Source of the DNA: Callorhinchus milii
Taxonomy: Eukaryota
Length of the DNA: 64,000 nt
Direction of reading: 5' to 3'
Assembly: GCF_018977255.1 (NCBI RefSeq)
Contig: NW_024704743.1
Location: 77,254,001 to 77,318,000 of the forward strand
Shown: positions 24,957 through 37,980 of the stretch, in pieces
Numbering within the stretch: the stretch's first letter is position 1
Layout of the letters: every line of letters starts with the position of its first letter
The notes under the pieces: generated by a model
Told to the model about the DNA's origin: nothing
What the model saw: only the letters and a program-made list of their open reading frames with translations
Databases searched by the model: none
Program-made: the position numbers and the translations under genes

Positions 24957-25241
24957 AATAATAATAATAATCCTTGCATTTGATATAGCGCTTTTCACGT
25001 CGGGAGGACGTCCCAAAGCGCTTCACAGAACACACTGTAAAGTGAATTGACTGTATATTTGTGGGCGAGCGCGGCAGCCAATTGCGCACAACAATGTCCC
25101 ACAAACAGTCATAGATTGAAAATGACCAATTTATTATTGTTTTTGTTTTTTTGGAGGGATTACTATTAGGCGTGTGGAGGAAGGAAACTTGCCCAAGGTT
25201 TGGCCCTCTGCCTGGAATTGAACTCAGGTCTCTCACTTGCA
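24957..25241 (-). mobile_element. Young tRNA-derived SINE (A box truncated)
   Basis: Near-identical reverse complement of 11420-11704. Confidence 0.92.
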
Positions 25242-25592
25242 CCCAGAAGAGCAGGGGCTGGTGAGTACAAGGATGTTCTGCTGTACACTACCATAAGGTA
25301 GACTTCCCTGACGACCAATACATTTGCAGCGACGCCCTCTACACAAAATGAGTAAAAAAAAGGAAATGCTACTTCCCAGTTGTGTGATTCAGCGAGGGCT
25401 GATGTTGTTTTTTCTGTCAAGTGAGTTGATAATTAACTGTGATAAAATTAAAATGAATAGTAGCTACAGTGAATATTACTGGAATGCATTTGTAGATCTT
25501 TTAAAAACTCAGTATTCATATAATCATTTGACAGTCACGCCAGTAAAACACAGATTTACCCATTCTACCTATAACACTCAGAAGGTAGATGC

Positions 25593-25716
25593 AGGGAAAC
25601 TGAGTGGCACAGTGGGTCAGAATAATGTCCTTTCACCTCAGGGGACTTGGGATCAAATGCAGCTTAGATTGATAGGATGAAAGTCTATTCTCTTTGATGG
25701 CAGTTAAGAGGTCTAA
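25593..25716 (+). mobile_element. LF-SINE-like element, 5' fragment
   Basis: actgagtggcacagtgg..cctttcacctc..gatgaaagt..tgatggcagtt; homologous to the copies at 41733 and 46660. Confidence 0.55.
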
Positions 25717-26654
25717 TAATACTCTATTCATATTTGCCACTATAAAATCTTATGAAGTCCACATTGAATATATATGGTAATGTGTATTTTATGGTATCAC
25801 ATCGTGAATACTACTTTTAATATTTACTATTCTTTCGTTGGCCAGACAGTGTCTTTATAGAGTTTTATTTAAGTATAAATTGAGGGGTTTGAAACAAGTA
25901 CTCACTGTATGGCATCTTTTGCGTTCTCTCACCTCATCAACATTGAGAAGAGATTTGAAGCTCTTGCACTAGTGTATACATCTGCTATGCAAAAATCAAG
26001 CGATTATACAAAGCTCCATTTGGAAACTTCTAGAGAGACTGCAATAAGCATCAACATGGATGATGCCTAAAGCATAGTGGATTGTGAAGAATATCCTCAG
26101 GCTATTTGATATTATAAACAGCCCAAAAGAAAATAAGTTGAAGCAAGCTCTACCCAAGGAGCAGTGCTGGGAGACCACAGAACAGTACCTTCCTTAATTC
26201 AGCACAGAGTTGACCTTCTCACTCATACATAGAGATAGATGGTCAACAGAAGAAATGCACATAGCTCACGGATACAGTGATAGGTGGTGAAGGCAAATTG
26301 TTTGGGCAGAGTAAAGGAATTTTAAAGCATGCTTGAAGAAAAAATAATTCACACGCCAGCACTGTCGAGTCGTCCCGCACAGTGATGAGGACAGCATTTG
26401 TGGATGGAAAGGTTACGGAGAAAATAACAAAATAAAATTATTTCTAATTAGTAATTTGGTGAAATGTTTTTTAAACTGATTTTTAAAAATCAAAACTTTT
26501 ACAGGAATTCTTCTTGCATCAATATAAGTGAGGTATAGAATCACAATTCTCTATTTTTATACATAGTATATGTAAGCAGGACTATGCCAGAGCTGCTTGG
26601 ATAATGCCATTATTATTTAATAATTGATAGTATTCTTGCTTCCAGTTAAGAAGG

Positions 26655-27070
26655 TTGTGCGTTGTCAGACATGTAGTCCTTCAGTTGAGATGTTAGACTG
26701 AGGTCCCACCTGCCTCATAGGTAGGTGATAGCCTGCAAATAAACAATAACTACTCTTCTCTGTAAAATCCTGTGAAGCACTTAGATACATCCTGATGACA
26801 TGACTAGGTGCTATATCAAATGTGAGGATTATATTGTTATGTTAAAGATCTCATGACACTATTTGAAAAGAGGCAGGAGATTCTCCCGATGTCCTGACCA
26901 GCAATCCTCCAGATAAAATTGATCATTCACTTTATGCCTGTTTGTGGGACATTGCTGTGTGGAAATTCGCTGCCCCTTTCACCTAGGCAGTCACTGCACT
27001 TTACAGAACTACATGAAGAACTTCGAGACTTTTCCATGTTATAGATGCTGTATCAGATGCAACAATTAAT
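26655..27070 (+). mobile_element. DeuSINE-type SINE interrupted by a second SINE tail (~26730-26839)
   Basis: The core breaks at aggtga and resumes at tgttaaagatc, with a complete SINE 3' end in between. Confidence 0.7.
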
Positions 27071-27697
27071 ATTTATATTGTAAACAGGTACCACCTGTGT
27101 GGGTCAAAATTTAATATAATTTTAAAATAGATATTGAAACAACAGTTTGTGTCGCGATTTACTAATAGCAACTCAGGGAAATGTTACCAGTAAATGGCAG
27201 AACGCCACCTTTTTCTTGACCCCATTTTATTATTCAAGAATCAGCCGAAACTTATTTCATGTTAGATTTGTTGCAATGGCATTGTCAGTGTGGAAATTGT
27301 CAGTATGCATTCATGGCCTTGATGTCACTGTTAAGTCACTGCCGATACAAAGATCCAAGAATACCATATCAAGAATTAAAAGTATATATGTATATATGCT
27401 CTGGGACACCGCCCGGTGTGCGGAATACAAATGCAAGTTGTTGTTGTTATGTAATTGACAGTTACCAAATAGTGTTTTCATCCTGTTATATATACAATTT
27501 AATGTACAATTATATAGTGCTTTTCATTTCAAGAGGATGTCTCAAAGCATTTAAAAGTACCAAACTTCTGTCTAGCGATTTCCAGCATTCATTGGAAAAC
27601 TGGGTGGTAATGTTACACATCCATTATTCTAGTATTTAGCAAATGCAAGCAATATAGTTATGGGATATCAATAAATAAAATAACACTTCATTGTTAC

Positions 27698-28700
27698 AGC
27701 AACAAAAACTTGCATTTTTACGGTAACCTTCACGTCGGACAATGTGCAGGAGAGCTTCACAGGGATGGCATTGGATGCCAAGTAAGGCAGGAGCGGGGTA
27801 GGTGACCACACGCATGGTCGAAGAGATGGGTTTTTAGGTGGGATTCAAAGCCAGATAGAGAGTGGGTGAGAGAGAGAATTGCAAATGGTGGAGTATAATT
27901 GCTGAAGACTCAACCAACAATGGTGGGGAAGAAGGGGCAGGGAACATGCAGCAGGCCTGCTGTTGCTGAGCAGAGGGAACAAACTGAAGAGTGGAGTTTG
28001 AGTATATCACAGAGCTAGGGAGGTGCCAGGCCATTAAGGGTGAGGGCCTTGGAATCTAAACATTGGGAGACAGGGAGCTAGTGGAGTCTGGTGAGGACAT
28101 GTGGTGATGTGCCTTCCAAGTTTGATGCAGATGAGTGTGTGGGCAGTGGAATTTTGCATGAGCTGGAGCTTGTGAATGGTGGAACCAGGGAGATCGACAA
28201 GGAGTACATTAGGCAATTAACTCTGGAGATAACAACAACAAGTCACATTTACATAGTGCCTTTCACATCCGAAGAACGTCCCAGGGTGCATACAAAGGTA
28301 TGAATCAAAATTTGGGTGACGTTTTGTGTGAAGTAGGAATGATGGTGAACAATGTAATGAAAGTGAAGAAAATCAGTCTTGGTCAGGACTGAATGTAAGG
28401 AAGGAACAAGAGCTGAGGATCGAACTCAACCACCAAAGTTGGACACTGGATCGGTGAGTTTGAAAGAGATTAAGGTCAGTGCCAGAAATGAGGACATATT
28501 GGAAGGAACTGAGGAGGATAGCTTTATGTTTTACCCATGTTGTAGTGCAAGAAACAAAGGCTTATTCAGATGTCTTTTCCACTTCTTCTCAAGATCCACT
28601 GATGTTGTGCTGGTGGACACAACGTCAGTGAATCTTGTGTAGAAGTGGAAAAGAATATTTGGGTGTCATCCGTATTAACCCTGTACTTGTGGGTGATGGC
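27698..28700 (-). mobile_element. Old L2 LINE 3' portion with a second L2 tail inserted (~28231-28290)
   Basis: Minus ORF fragment LPGSTIHKLQLMQNSTA, ggatgacacccaa (ADDTQ) near 28660-28672 and a caacaa tail. Confidence 0.7.
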
Positions 28701-29224
28701 ACCAAGAGAGAGTGGATGATGACACCAAAAGAGAGCGTATGAATTGATACCTATATATAGACATACATCTAGATGTTACCTTTGTACACTAATTGTAATT
28801 TTTTCCAGAGATTACCCAGGAGCTACCCTGGGACCCACTCTTGTCTCCTGAGGAAACAAACCACGCACATACTGCCCAAACCACTAAAAGACATCAAGCA
28901 AAAACTCCAGAACTTTCACCCATCCCCCATATCTCCTCTACTCAACAATAACCAGCTTGCCTTCATATCCAACATCCCCGTTCCCCAGCTCCAGGAATAT
29001 AGAGACCATTGTGTCCAGCAGTGCTTTCTCATCTCATTCTGTAGCACAAACTGCCATGACAGAGTCTGTTAATATTGCGATGTCAAAATTATCACTGGTC
29101 GCATTTTTCATCCCACATCTTCGAAGCAAAGTCTCGTGAATCAGATAGAATTCAAATCTTTCAAACTAGCAAAATAGCAAAATGTGGAAGTGCAAACTTT
29201 TAAAAAATCCAGTAGCCTCTGCTA

Positions 29225-29390
29225 TAGAGTGGCAAGCTAGAGGATAACCATGGAACAAGTTATTAGGAAGGGCGTGAGAAGCCAGGATACTGGTTCCATT
29301 TAATTTTAATGGGTTACAGCAGGTATGGTTGGTGTTAGGTCAAATGGACTGTAGGGCCTTTTTCATCCTAACCTCTCTTGTGATCTTGTA
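29225..29390 (+). mobile_element. CR1-like 3' fragment
   Basis: ctagaggataacc.. and 3' end aatggactgtagggccttttt..cttgtgatcttgta, like the other CR1 tails. Confidence 0.5.
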
Positions 29391-29431
29391 TTGAGGATTT
29401 GTACTTGTGATTCCTGAACTCACTTATCATA

Positions 29432-29772
29432 ATAAAAATAATATAATGCCTTTTAGGTAGGGGAGAATGTCTCAATGCACTTCACTGGATTTACTGAAGT
29501 GTAGTTGCTGTATATTTTTTAGAAGAATGCAAAGTCAGTTTTGTGCACAGCAATGTTCCACTAACAGCCATGAAGTGAATGATCAATTTTATCTGGGGGA
29601 TTGTTGGCCCGGACACTGGGAGAAACTCCTTTCTCTTTTCAAATAGTGCCATTGCTCCCCAGCACTGCAATCAAATGTCAGCTTAGACTGTCAGCTCACA
29701 GTTCTGATGTGGAGCCTGAACACACAACTTTCTAACTCAGATGCATGAGCGCTACTAACTCAACTCAAGCCA
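29432..29772 (-). mobile_element. DeuSINE-type SINE
   Basis: Reverse complement of head and core (ttggcccggacactgggagaaactcc..aaatagtgcca). Confidence 0.8.
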
Positions 29773-30062
29773 ATGCCTCTTGATTTTTTCCAAGTCCATA
29801 TCTCTTGTGTTCCCTGCTGAAGTAGGGAAAATGAAGCCCGAATATATCTGTGAATAAATGCACGGTCTGGTGTACAGAGGTACTAACCATAGAGAACACG
29901 AAGATCGATTTAAGTTGTGGTAGTATTTGGGAGTCCTAAATTTATTTTAATTGTTTAAAAAAATGTACAACAAGGACCCTCACTTGATCATTTATCCTGT
30001 GACCCATGCTGGAACTTTACATTTGAAGGACGGGCAGTGCTTCAGGAAAGAAGAAAGGAAGA

Positions 30063-30333
30063 TAATAATAATAATAATCCTTGCATTTAATATAGCGCTT
30101 TTCACGTTGGGAGGACATCCCAAAGCGCTTCACAGAACACACTGTAAAGTGAATTGATGATATTTGTGGGCGAACGCAGCAGCCAATTGCGCACAGCAAT
30201 GTCCCACAAACAGTCGTAGATTGAAAATGACCAATTTATTATTGTTTTTGGTTTTGGAGGGATTATTATTAGGCGTGTGGAGTAAGGAAACTTGCCCAAG
30301 GTTTCGCCCTGCCTGGAATTGAACCCAGGTCTC
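30063..30333 (-). mobile_element. Young tRNA-derived SINE (5' truncated)
   Basis: Near-identical to the copies at 24957 and 11383. Confidence 0.92.
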
Positions 30334-30809
30334 AGATAACATGAGAAATACAGCTATTTAGCCAGACACTTGAGGAAATGTGAACCATGCATCTCAAAAC
30401 ATTCATTAGAGAACAGCATGCAACCTCATATTCATTGTTCACAAATCTTTGCTAAAATAAAGTTGTGGAGGATCAAATCTAAAATATTCAGAAATCGGAC
30501 ATTTTTAACCACAGAGAAGGAAGCAGGAGATAAACTTGGCTATTACTTAGCTGGTAGAATTGAAATAATCCCATTTATCAAGCAATCCTCATTAGTAATC
30601 GGCATGGTATTGATCTAGATACACTGGAGGTCTGTGTTAAATGCACCTCACCAACAGAGCAATTCAGCCCAACACATGTTGTTAATCTGAAGCTGAGTTG
30701 TATTATTTGAATAGGAGCAATAGTAAATAGTAAACAAAGTTATTTTTGTTTTCTTTAAAATAGAATTTTAAAAAACTGCCTAAAGGAGAGTTGCTCCTTC
30801 ACCACCTTG

Positions 30810-31043
30810 ATTGTTAGTTGTGGCAGATCGCTTTTCTGGGGGTGATAATTCCTTCAAGATAAATAAAAATAATTTGGTTCCTCAATCCATGACTGTTTGT
30901 GGGACACTGCTGTGTGCAATTGGCTGCCAGGCTTCGCCCACAAAATATACAGTCAATTAAATTTACAGTATATTCTATGAAGTGCTTTGAGACGTCTAGA
31001 AGACATGATAAGGACTATATCAAATGCAAGGATTATTATTATT
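30810..31043 (+). mobile_element. tRNA-SINE long variant, 3' part
   Basis: Same 3' body and tail, preceded by ggcagatcgcttttctgggggtgataat of the long variant. Confidence 0.8.
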
Positions 31044-31561
31044 CTCTCGGTACGTCAATAGGCTGGATATGTTGTAGCTGCAAGTTTCGAACTCCTGTAG
31101 TCCGACCCTGCTTCCCATGACAGCACGAGTTAGACTGAAGCTCTAATAACCTCTGCACTCTGCCAACACACCTGAGCCAGCATTGAAAGTGAAGGGCTTC
31201 AAAACTAAACTTCCTTTTTTAAAAAAAAGCCAATTTGAATGCAAATCGAAAAGGCCAATTTGAATACAAATAATATTATATATCTATTGTCAGTGCTGCT
31301 TGTTTGAATATTAATTGATGTTCATTGTATTATCCTATCATAAAGTTTCTTTCATGAGAAGGGTGGTAAATGTAAAATTAAATGATGGAAGTTATTTTTC
31401 CATTCACTGTAATTTATGGGTCTCTTCAGGTGTGTGCTTATTCCATTATAAGTGCACACTGTCAGAGGCTGTTGGCATATATTTTGTGATCCAATTGAAT
31501 TTAACCTATTATGGCCTCCATTCCCTTTGCCACTGTTAGTGACACTTACAAATCTAAAATA

Positions 31562-31720
31562 CATACATGACTGTTTGTGAGACATTGCTGTGTGTAAATA
31601 GGTTGCCACGCTCACCTACAAAACAGTCACTGCACCTCACAGTATATCCTATGAAGCACTTTGGGATGGCCTCCCAAAAGGAAAGGCACTGTACCAAATT
31701 TAAGGATTATTATTATTATA
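31562..31720 (+). mobile_element. SINE 3' fragment
   Basis: catgactgtttgtgagacattgctgtgtg..aggattattattatta. Confidence 0.75.
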
Positions 31721-32394
31721 TCAAGTGCAAAAGTATTGTTTACAACTATAGTAATGGCAAATTCTTAAAGGCTAGAGAATTAACGTTGCGAGATGTGATG
31801 TGATGATCTGTGATAAATTACCGTCAGAAATGGCAATGGAATAATCCTGTGTTCCCCACCCCTCAACTTCAGCACAATGTTAGAATCCGAACCTGCTATT
31901 GGAGTTGCTGGCTGAATGTGTTTTGTTTGAATTCAGCCGCCATCCTGGAAACCAACAACTCCAGTGGTGGCTTTGTGTTGGCTGCAGGCCCAACCAATGT
32001 GCCAGAGTTAGGGTGAGGGTGCCATCCAGGCAGTCAGTAATTATTGCCTGCTATTATGTGATAATGTGATAATTATCACTAATGCTTCACTGCAATTTTG
32101 CCATGATGTGATAATTATCACTGGTGCTAATTATTGATTCATACCTGGTGATTTTCAGCCCTAGAACTACAAATCTAGAATACATCAAAGAAACAGTTTT
32201 ACTGGCTACAAATGTAATTCACCTCAGGGCATTGAAGAGGCTATAAGCAGTTGGGGTAAGGATACCTCACGTGTTAGTCTTGGGACCCAATATGGAAAGT
32301 AGTTAGCGTAAGAACAATAAACCAAAATATGTGTTCAATGGATCAGTCATACATCAGGTTAATCCGGAAACAGATTGCAGGGTTATTTTAGTCA

Positions 32395-33140
32395 GATCAA
32401 AGAAGCCACAAGCCTAGTGCTTTGTGGCTATATAAAAAAGCCAAATAAAGCAGTAGGTCGAATGATAACATTAACAGAGGAATAGAATGTAAATTAAAAG
32501 ACTATGTATTTTTTATTATAAGGAATTGATCACACTTCATCTCGGGTACTGTATGCAGTTTTAGTCACCTTTTGGAATAATACAAATCATAATCCTTGCA
32601 TTTGATATAGCGTCTTTCACATTTGGAAGGTTCTCATACAGGATAAACTATAAAGTTTAATGTGTTTTGCAGATGAACACAATTATTTTCCTTGAGAAGG
32701 TGCAGAGATGAACAATCAGGAAGGTTTCAGGTCTTGGGAATCTGATTCATAAAGAAACTAAAAGAGATTGGGTTTTTCCTCTATTCAAAAGAGTCTGTGA
32801 GGTTATCTGATAGAAGTTTTCAAGATTAAAAAGGGGATTGAAAAGTATGATCTTGGTCAATTATTCAATTTTGTGATTTAAAAAACCAAACAGGATACTG
32901 GTTAAACATTAGGAAGTTAGCAGTAAGTAGGGAAGTGAGGCAGAACTTTTCTTTTTACACAAAGGGTAATAGACTCCTAGAATAGGTTACCAGGGAAGTT
33001 AATAGTAAATACTAGAAACAAGTTCAAGAGGCAACTAAATATGATTCTGGAAGGGTTTGAGAGATATGATGAGAGGCAGTTACCTCATGATCACAAAGGA
33101 TGGGCTTGTTGGGGTTAACTCTCTTTATTTAGCCTTAAAA
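32395..33140 (+). mobile_element. CR1-clade LINE 3' portion interrupted by an antisense SINE tail (~32575-32680)
   Basis: Degenerate HLGYCMQF*SP, LEKVQR, RGYLIEVFKI and FFFYTKG-like CR1 RT C-terminal motifs. Confidence 0.8.
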
Positions 33141-33649
33141 ATTCTTAATCACTTAGCACGTGGATCCAGGCAATTTTAAAAGGAACTGGTAGAAAAGTAC
33201 TACTTCAGCATAATCACTGAGCGTGTTCTGTTCTGTTCATTTATGTACATAATTTATTTAGATACTAAAAATAGAATGGAAGACAAAGGCTTGGTGTTGC
33301 ACCTGCACTTCCCAAGAGCTGGAACAGGGAAGGTCTTTGAGAGACCGCCAAAGGAGACTATACATTTTCCGAGGCCGGTGCCTACTAACAAAGTTGCCAT
33401 TTCATAAAACGAGTGGAAATAAAAGTGGAATAGAAAAATAAACTTCCAGTGTTTGTCTCTGTTTCAGCCCTTGACAGCTAAGCTCTTCAGATGTTTATTT
33501 GCTTTGTTCACCACCTTCATTGCATTTATGTTATTTATTAGAGCGAAGCATAACTGATAAGGATTGTTTAAAAAACAACCAAGAAAAGTTTGCCTTACAG
33601 ATATTTTCATTTTATTTCCTACTTTCTCCTCGGTGCAGCCAATGTAAAG

Positions 33650-36480
33650 GCACAAATGGAATTGCACAAACATGCTTGGTTTTGTTTTAGTAGAAAGCTT
33701 ACTGAGTTACATACACATTATTGAAGGGTTGGGGAAGGGTAGCCTAATTGAGCTGATTTAAATACTGTAGTGTCCAATGCAATTGTGCTTAGGCCTACTG
33801 ATTCACCGGAATTGTTTTATAACCACTTAGTGTGGGAGTCTTGTTGCAGACAGCAGTTCTGATTGAATGGTGCCTGAGGTGCATTTCTTAAAGCTGCAGT
33901 GCACCTGTTCTATGAGATGCACAGGGCTGTTTGCGAAACTGTCACAAGTGTATTCCAGTGAAATTTATACCACTGTGATCCTACTGCTAACCTGAAATAG
34001 CCTTCCTGGCATTTGGCACCTTCAACGACGGCATTTTTATGACAAGGCTGAGCAGGGTTAAAGAGGATTTGTGAGGATATCTGATAGCTGACAGTTGTGA
34101 AATAGAGCCCTTTTAGGCCAGCACAAAGGGATACTGTTTGCCTTCATTATTTAATCGCAAAGTGACAATTTTAAAATGATATTCTCTTTGAAATACTTTA
34201 AAGCAGAACTGGCTTGGTTTCAACAGGTAAACTTTTCTTGACACAGATCTATCACCCATTTTAAGAGATATCCTTGTCCCATCTTCCACAGCAGAAATAT
34301 TTCTAATAATATTAACATGTCATTTGTACCCATCTGATGTATTGATTCTTATAAATATCCTCCTCCCTCCCCCAACTCCGAAAAGGGGAAATTCTAAAGA
34401 ATAAGGCGCATAATGTTCACAAATGAAATTGTGCCAAAATATCTGGAGCTGTTATGGCCTTAGAAAGCATCAGCCGACAAAAATAACAAGTCACAAGGCT
34501 GAGGACAGATCGTAACGCTTCTCCTTTGCCCCAGGCTGCACATGCCCAGTGAGTCCCTCCGCGGTACTGAGAAGCAAAGCAACGTTCCCTAGCAGAAGGA
34601 TCCAGTAAAATAAGGCCTGTGTTTGATGTATGAGCTGTGGCTTGCCATTGTGAGTCACCCTAGAATTAGCTGGAGGCAAAACAAAAATCTTTTGTGATTA
34701 ATTAGAAAAAACTGGACAATTATGAATTGAGTGCACAATGCAAGTGTATGGAAATATAAATAGTAATGAAGCTGGCACAGAGTGTTGTGCAGAGCGCATA
34801 TATATATGCATGCGAGTGGCATCATGCTGGTTGTTTTTGGAAGTGGATGTAAAAGTGGATAGATTGAAAAGCTCTGGCCTGCCCCCATTTTTAAACATGC
34901 AGAAGAATTTTGCAATCAATTTCTACTAAATTCTTTTTCCTCCCAAAATGAGGTTTCTCCTTATCTCATGAGCCACCCATCCAAGTGTCCAGTGCTATAG
35001 CCCACTGTTTGTACTGTGCTGAGTGCCCCACATTGTTTTCTATTATTATTCAAGATGTGATGCCTGAGCAGTAAAACCATTGACCATTCAATCAGTGGAG
35101 TAGCTGCTGATAATTAAAAGTTCCCAACCCCTGGCCTGGGGCCAGGCTAGAGCCAGTCAGTGAGGAGCCAGGCCAGAGCTGCTCAGAGACCAATCGATCA
35201 GCTTATTAACCCTCATTACTGATTGGTCAAAGCTGATTGCCTCCGCAGTAAAGAAATCATCTCTGGCCCGAAGGCACTTGACGAGAACCGCACGTCCAAT
35301 AATAGCCGAAGAAACCATCTTTTTAACAATTAGTCCTATTGCACAAGTCAAGACGGAGGAAGGCTTCCCGAATGAACTAGCTCGCTGCTTGTTTGCACTG
35401 CGCTCAATTATTTAAGCAAAGCAGTTCTGGAGGCGCCTCGCATGCTCTTCGCAAAGCAGGTTTTTTATTCCACGATTTTGAACGAAACGCAAGTGCCTTC
35501 AAAGACACCAACATGGAGCAAAGTGTTGATGCTGGCATTATTGCCAGCCAAGAGCTCCCCAAATGGGGAGGAGTTATTTATTCCTTTAAAGACAATTTTC
35601 TGGCTTCCAGCAGTCACATTATTTGCAGTATTCAGTTGAAAGAAAAGTGGGAATTTTTTTCCCCACACGCCAAAGACCACAGTGTATAATTTTACAACAT
35701 TTCCTTGAACAAAAGAGTTATGGAAAATAAAATCAGACTCGCAGACCTCCACAAGTGTTGCTACTGATTTTATTAAATGTTCTCTTACACACACACACCT
35801 CTCCCCATTGCTCACTGATTGTTCGATTTGTGCCCATAACAAATCCTGGGTTCATTGCTCAAGCCACTGAGGTGTTCCCATGTGATGAGGGGAAAGGTGA
35901 TGGTTTATCACGTGTGATGTTAAATGACGATATGTAAATCCTTTTGAGAGGAACCCCACCCTGCTTGATGTAACCAACATTCCTTCCTAACAGAGAAAAA
36001 GGATCAACAAGAAAGAGCCTGCATGCGTGACAAAAGTGTAACGTTAAGGGTGGAGCACTCCTCAACCTATGAATACACACACATTCATAGAAAACGGGGA
36101 ACATTTCCGCTGCAAATGTCTGCCACCCTTTCACAGTAAGAGAAAGATACTTTACCCCATGCTCTTGATTACTGCAAACTGTCCCATTTAATGAGCATGA
36201 CTCATGTGAAGGTGTTACCATAAATCATCATCTGGTTTACAAACTCAATAACTAGGCTTCCTGATAAAAGTATGCAGAGCACACCTTAAATTATTAACAA
36301 GTTAAAGCCTAAAGGCAGATCTTTGATGATGATATAAACACTGCAAGGACAAGGTGCTCTCTCAGCAAATGATTATATTGACTCTAATTACCATTTACCA
36401 TCCCGTGCAAGAAGACGTTTAAACAGAGAAAGAAGAAAGCAGCTGCTCGTTTTTATATGTAATTGTTAAACTTTTCCCTC
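33650..36480. promoter_or_regulatory. Large transposon-free candidate enhancer/promoter block
   Basis: ~3 kb without recognisable repeats; AP-2 motifs at 34528 and 35134; paired CCAAT boxes and CpG retention at 35100-35490. Confidence 0.5.
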
Positions 36481-36589
36481 TTCAGAGTAATTATTTTACC
36501 GGTGTCAGAATTCTAAAGCTATGGTTCAAACACCTTACATTTTTTTTAAAAAATCAAATGGCATTTTAAAAACATATATATATATGTCA

Positions 36590-37318
36590 ATCTTTGGATG
36601 TGATGTTAAACCCAGGTTCAGACTGCCTGATCAGATTGACATGAAAGATCCTGTGGCCTATTCAAAAAGAGAAGAGTTTCTCCCATTGTCCTGGAGAACA
36701 ATCCCCCAAATAAAATTGATTATTCACCTCTTGGCTGTTTGTGGGACATTGCTCTGAGCAATTTGGTTGATGTATTCACCTCCCAACTCATTCAGTCACT
36801 ACTTTACAAGAAACTATTTGAAACACTTTGAGACATTTTGAAGTATTAAGTCCTACAGGGAGCTCCTGGTAATAAGCCCCTGTCTTATATCATCACATGG
36901 GTTATATTATTCATACTGTCAATATCCCCCTTGCTTCTCATGCAAGATGTGAATAAGGGACCCGCCCCTTTGTTCCCTCACTGGCTTGTGATGTATAAAG
37001 TTGCATTCTATACATAACAGTAAGTAAAAACATTGGACATGCCATTGGAACAAACCTATCTGCACCGCTAACCAGCTGTGCCTCATGCCAGGGCCGCCCA
37101 GCGAACTCTCCTGGCCGGGAAGCGAGGGAAACAGCTGCTTGCTCTGTCCAGGCACAATGTGTATTGGTTTAGGTTCTCCTAGCCACAGCACCACATAGTG
37201 GCCCTGGAGGAATCACGCCTACATAGTCACCCTGGATATCAAGTCACTGAGCTCTTTTCCCTTGGAGTGACGCTATATCAGGAGTTTTCTGTATATCAAA
37301 TGGAGGATTATTATTATC
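36590..37318 (+). mobile_element. DeuSINE-type SINE split by a MITE (SINE parts 36590-36855 and 37292-37318)
   Basis: Removing 36856-37291 and one TA restores the tail gtcc-TA-tatcaaatggaggattattatt. Confidence 0.75.
36856..37291. mobile_element. Tc1/mariner-superfamily (Tigger/pogo-like) MITE
   Basis: TA on both sides (36854-36855, 37292-37293). Imperfect TIRs CAGGGAGCTCCTGGTA / CAGAAAACTCCTGATA (12/16). No transposase ORF. Confidence 0.75.
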
Positions 37319-37477
37319 AAAAGTTTACGAATTTGTGATTTTTCTTAATGGGATTCTTCAATCATATTAGAATTCTTGCTGAGAAGTCCACTCTGGAAAT
37401 TGATTGCCTATTGGTCAGTGTGAAGTACTAAATAATAATAATCTTTGCATTTGACATTTCCAATTTGCATGCCTTGT

Positions 37478-37908
37478 GTGTCAGCCTGGAGCAATGGTAG
37501 CATTCTCACCTCTGAGCCAGAAGGTTGTAGGTTCAAACCCATGTTGGGAGTTGGAATCACATAGTCTATGACGACACTCCAATGCAATTGCATTGTTAAA
37601 GGTGTTGTCCTTCGAAAGAGCGGTTAAACAGAGGTCTCATCTGCCTGTTCAGGTGGACTTTAAAGAATCTATTGCACTATTCGAAAAGGGAAGGGAGTTT
37701 CTCCCGGTGTCCTGGCCGATAAATCCCTAAAATAAAATTAGTCATTCACTCCATGGCTGTTTGTGAAATATTGCTGTGTGCAACTGGCTGCTGTGTTTTG
37801 CTCATAGAATTTACAGTCAATCGACTTTACTGTAGATCCCGTGAAGCGCATTGAGATGTCTCGATGATGTGATAAGGTGTTTATCAAATGCAAGGATTAT
37901 TATTATTA
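37478..37908 (+). mobile_element. Full-length DeuSINE-type SINE
   Basis: tRNA-like head, complete core and caaatgcaaggattattattatt tail. Confidence 0.88.
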
Positions 37909-37980
37909 AATTCCTCATTAAGGGATCCCATTAAGAAATAATACAAAAATGAGACAGGATCTTGTGACCTGGCATAGATG

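Noticed and set aside
37088..37207. Separate hAT-type mini element (CAGGG..CCCTG ends)
   Set aside because: No 8-bp target duplication; treated as an internal inverted repeat of the TA-flanked MITE.
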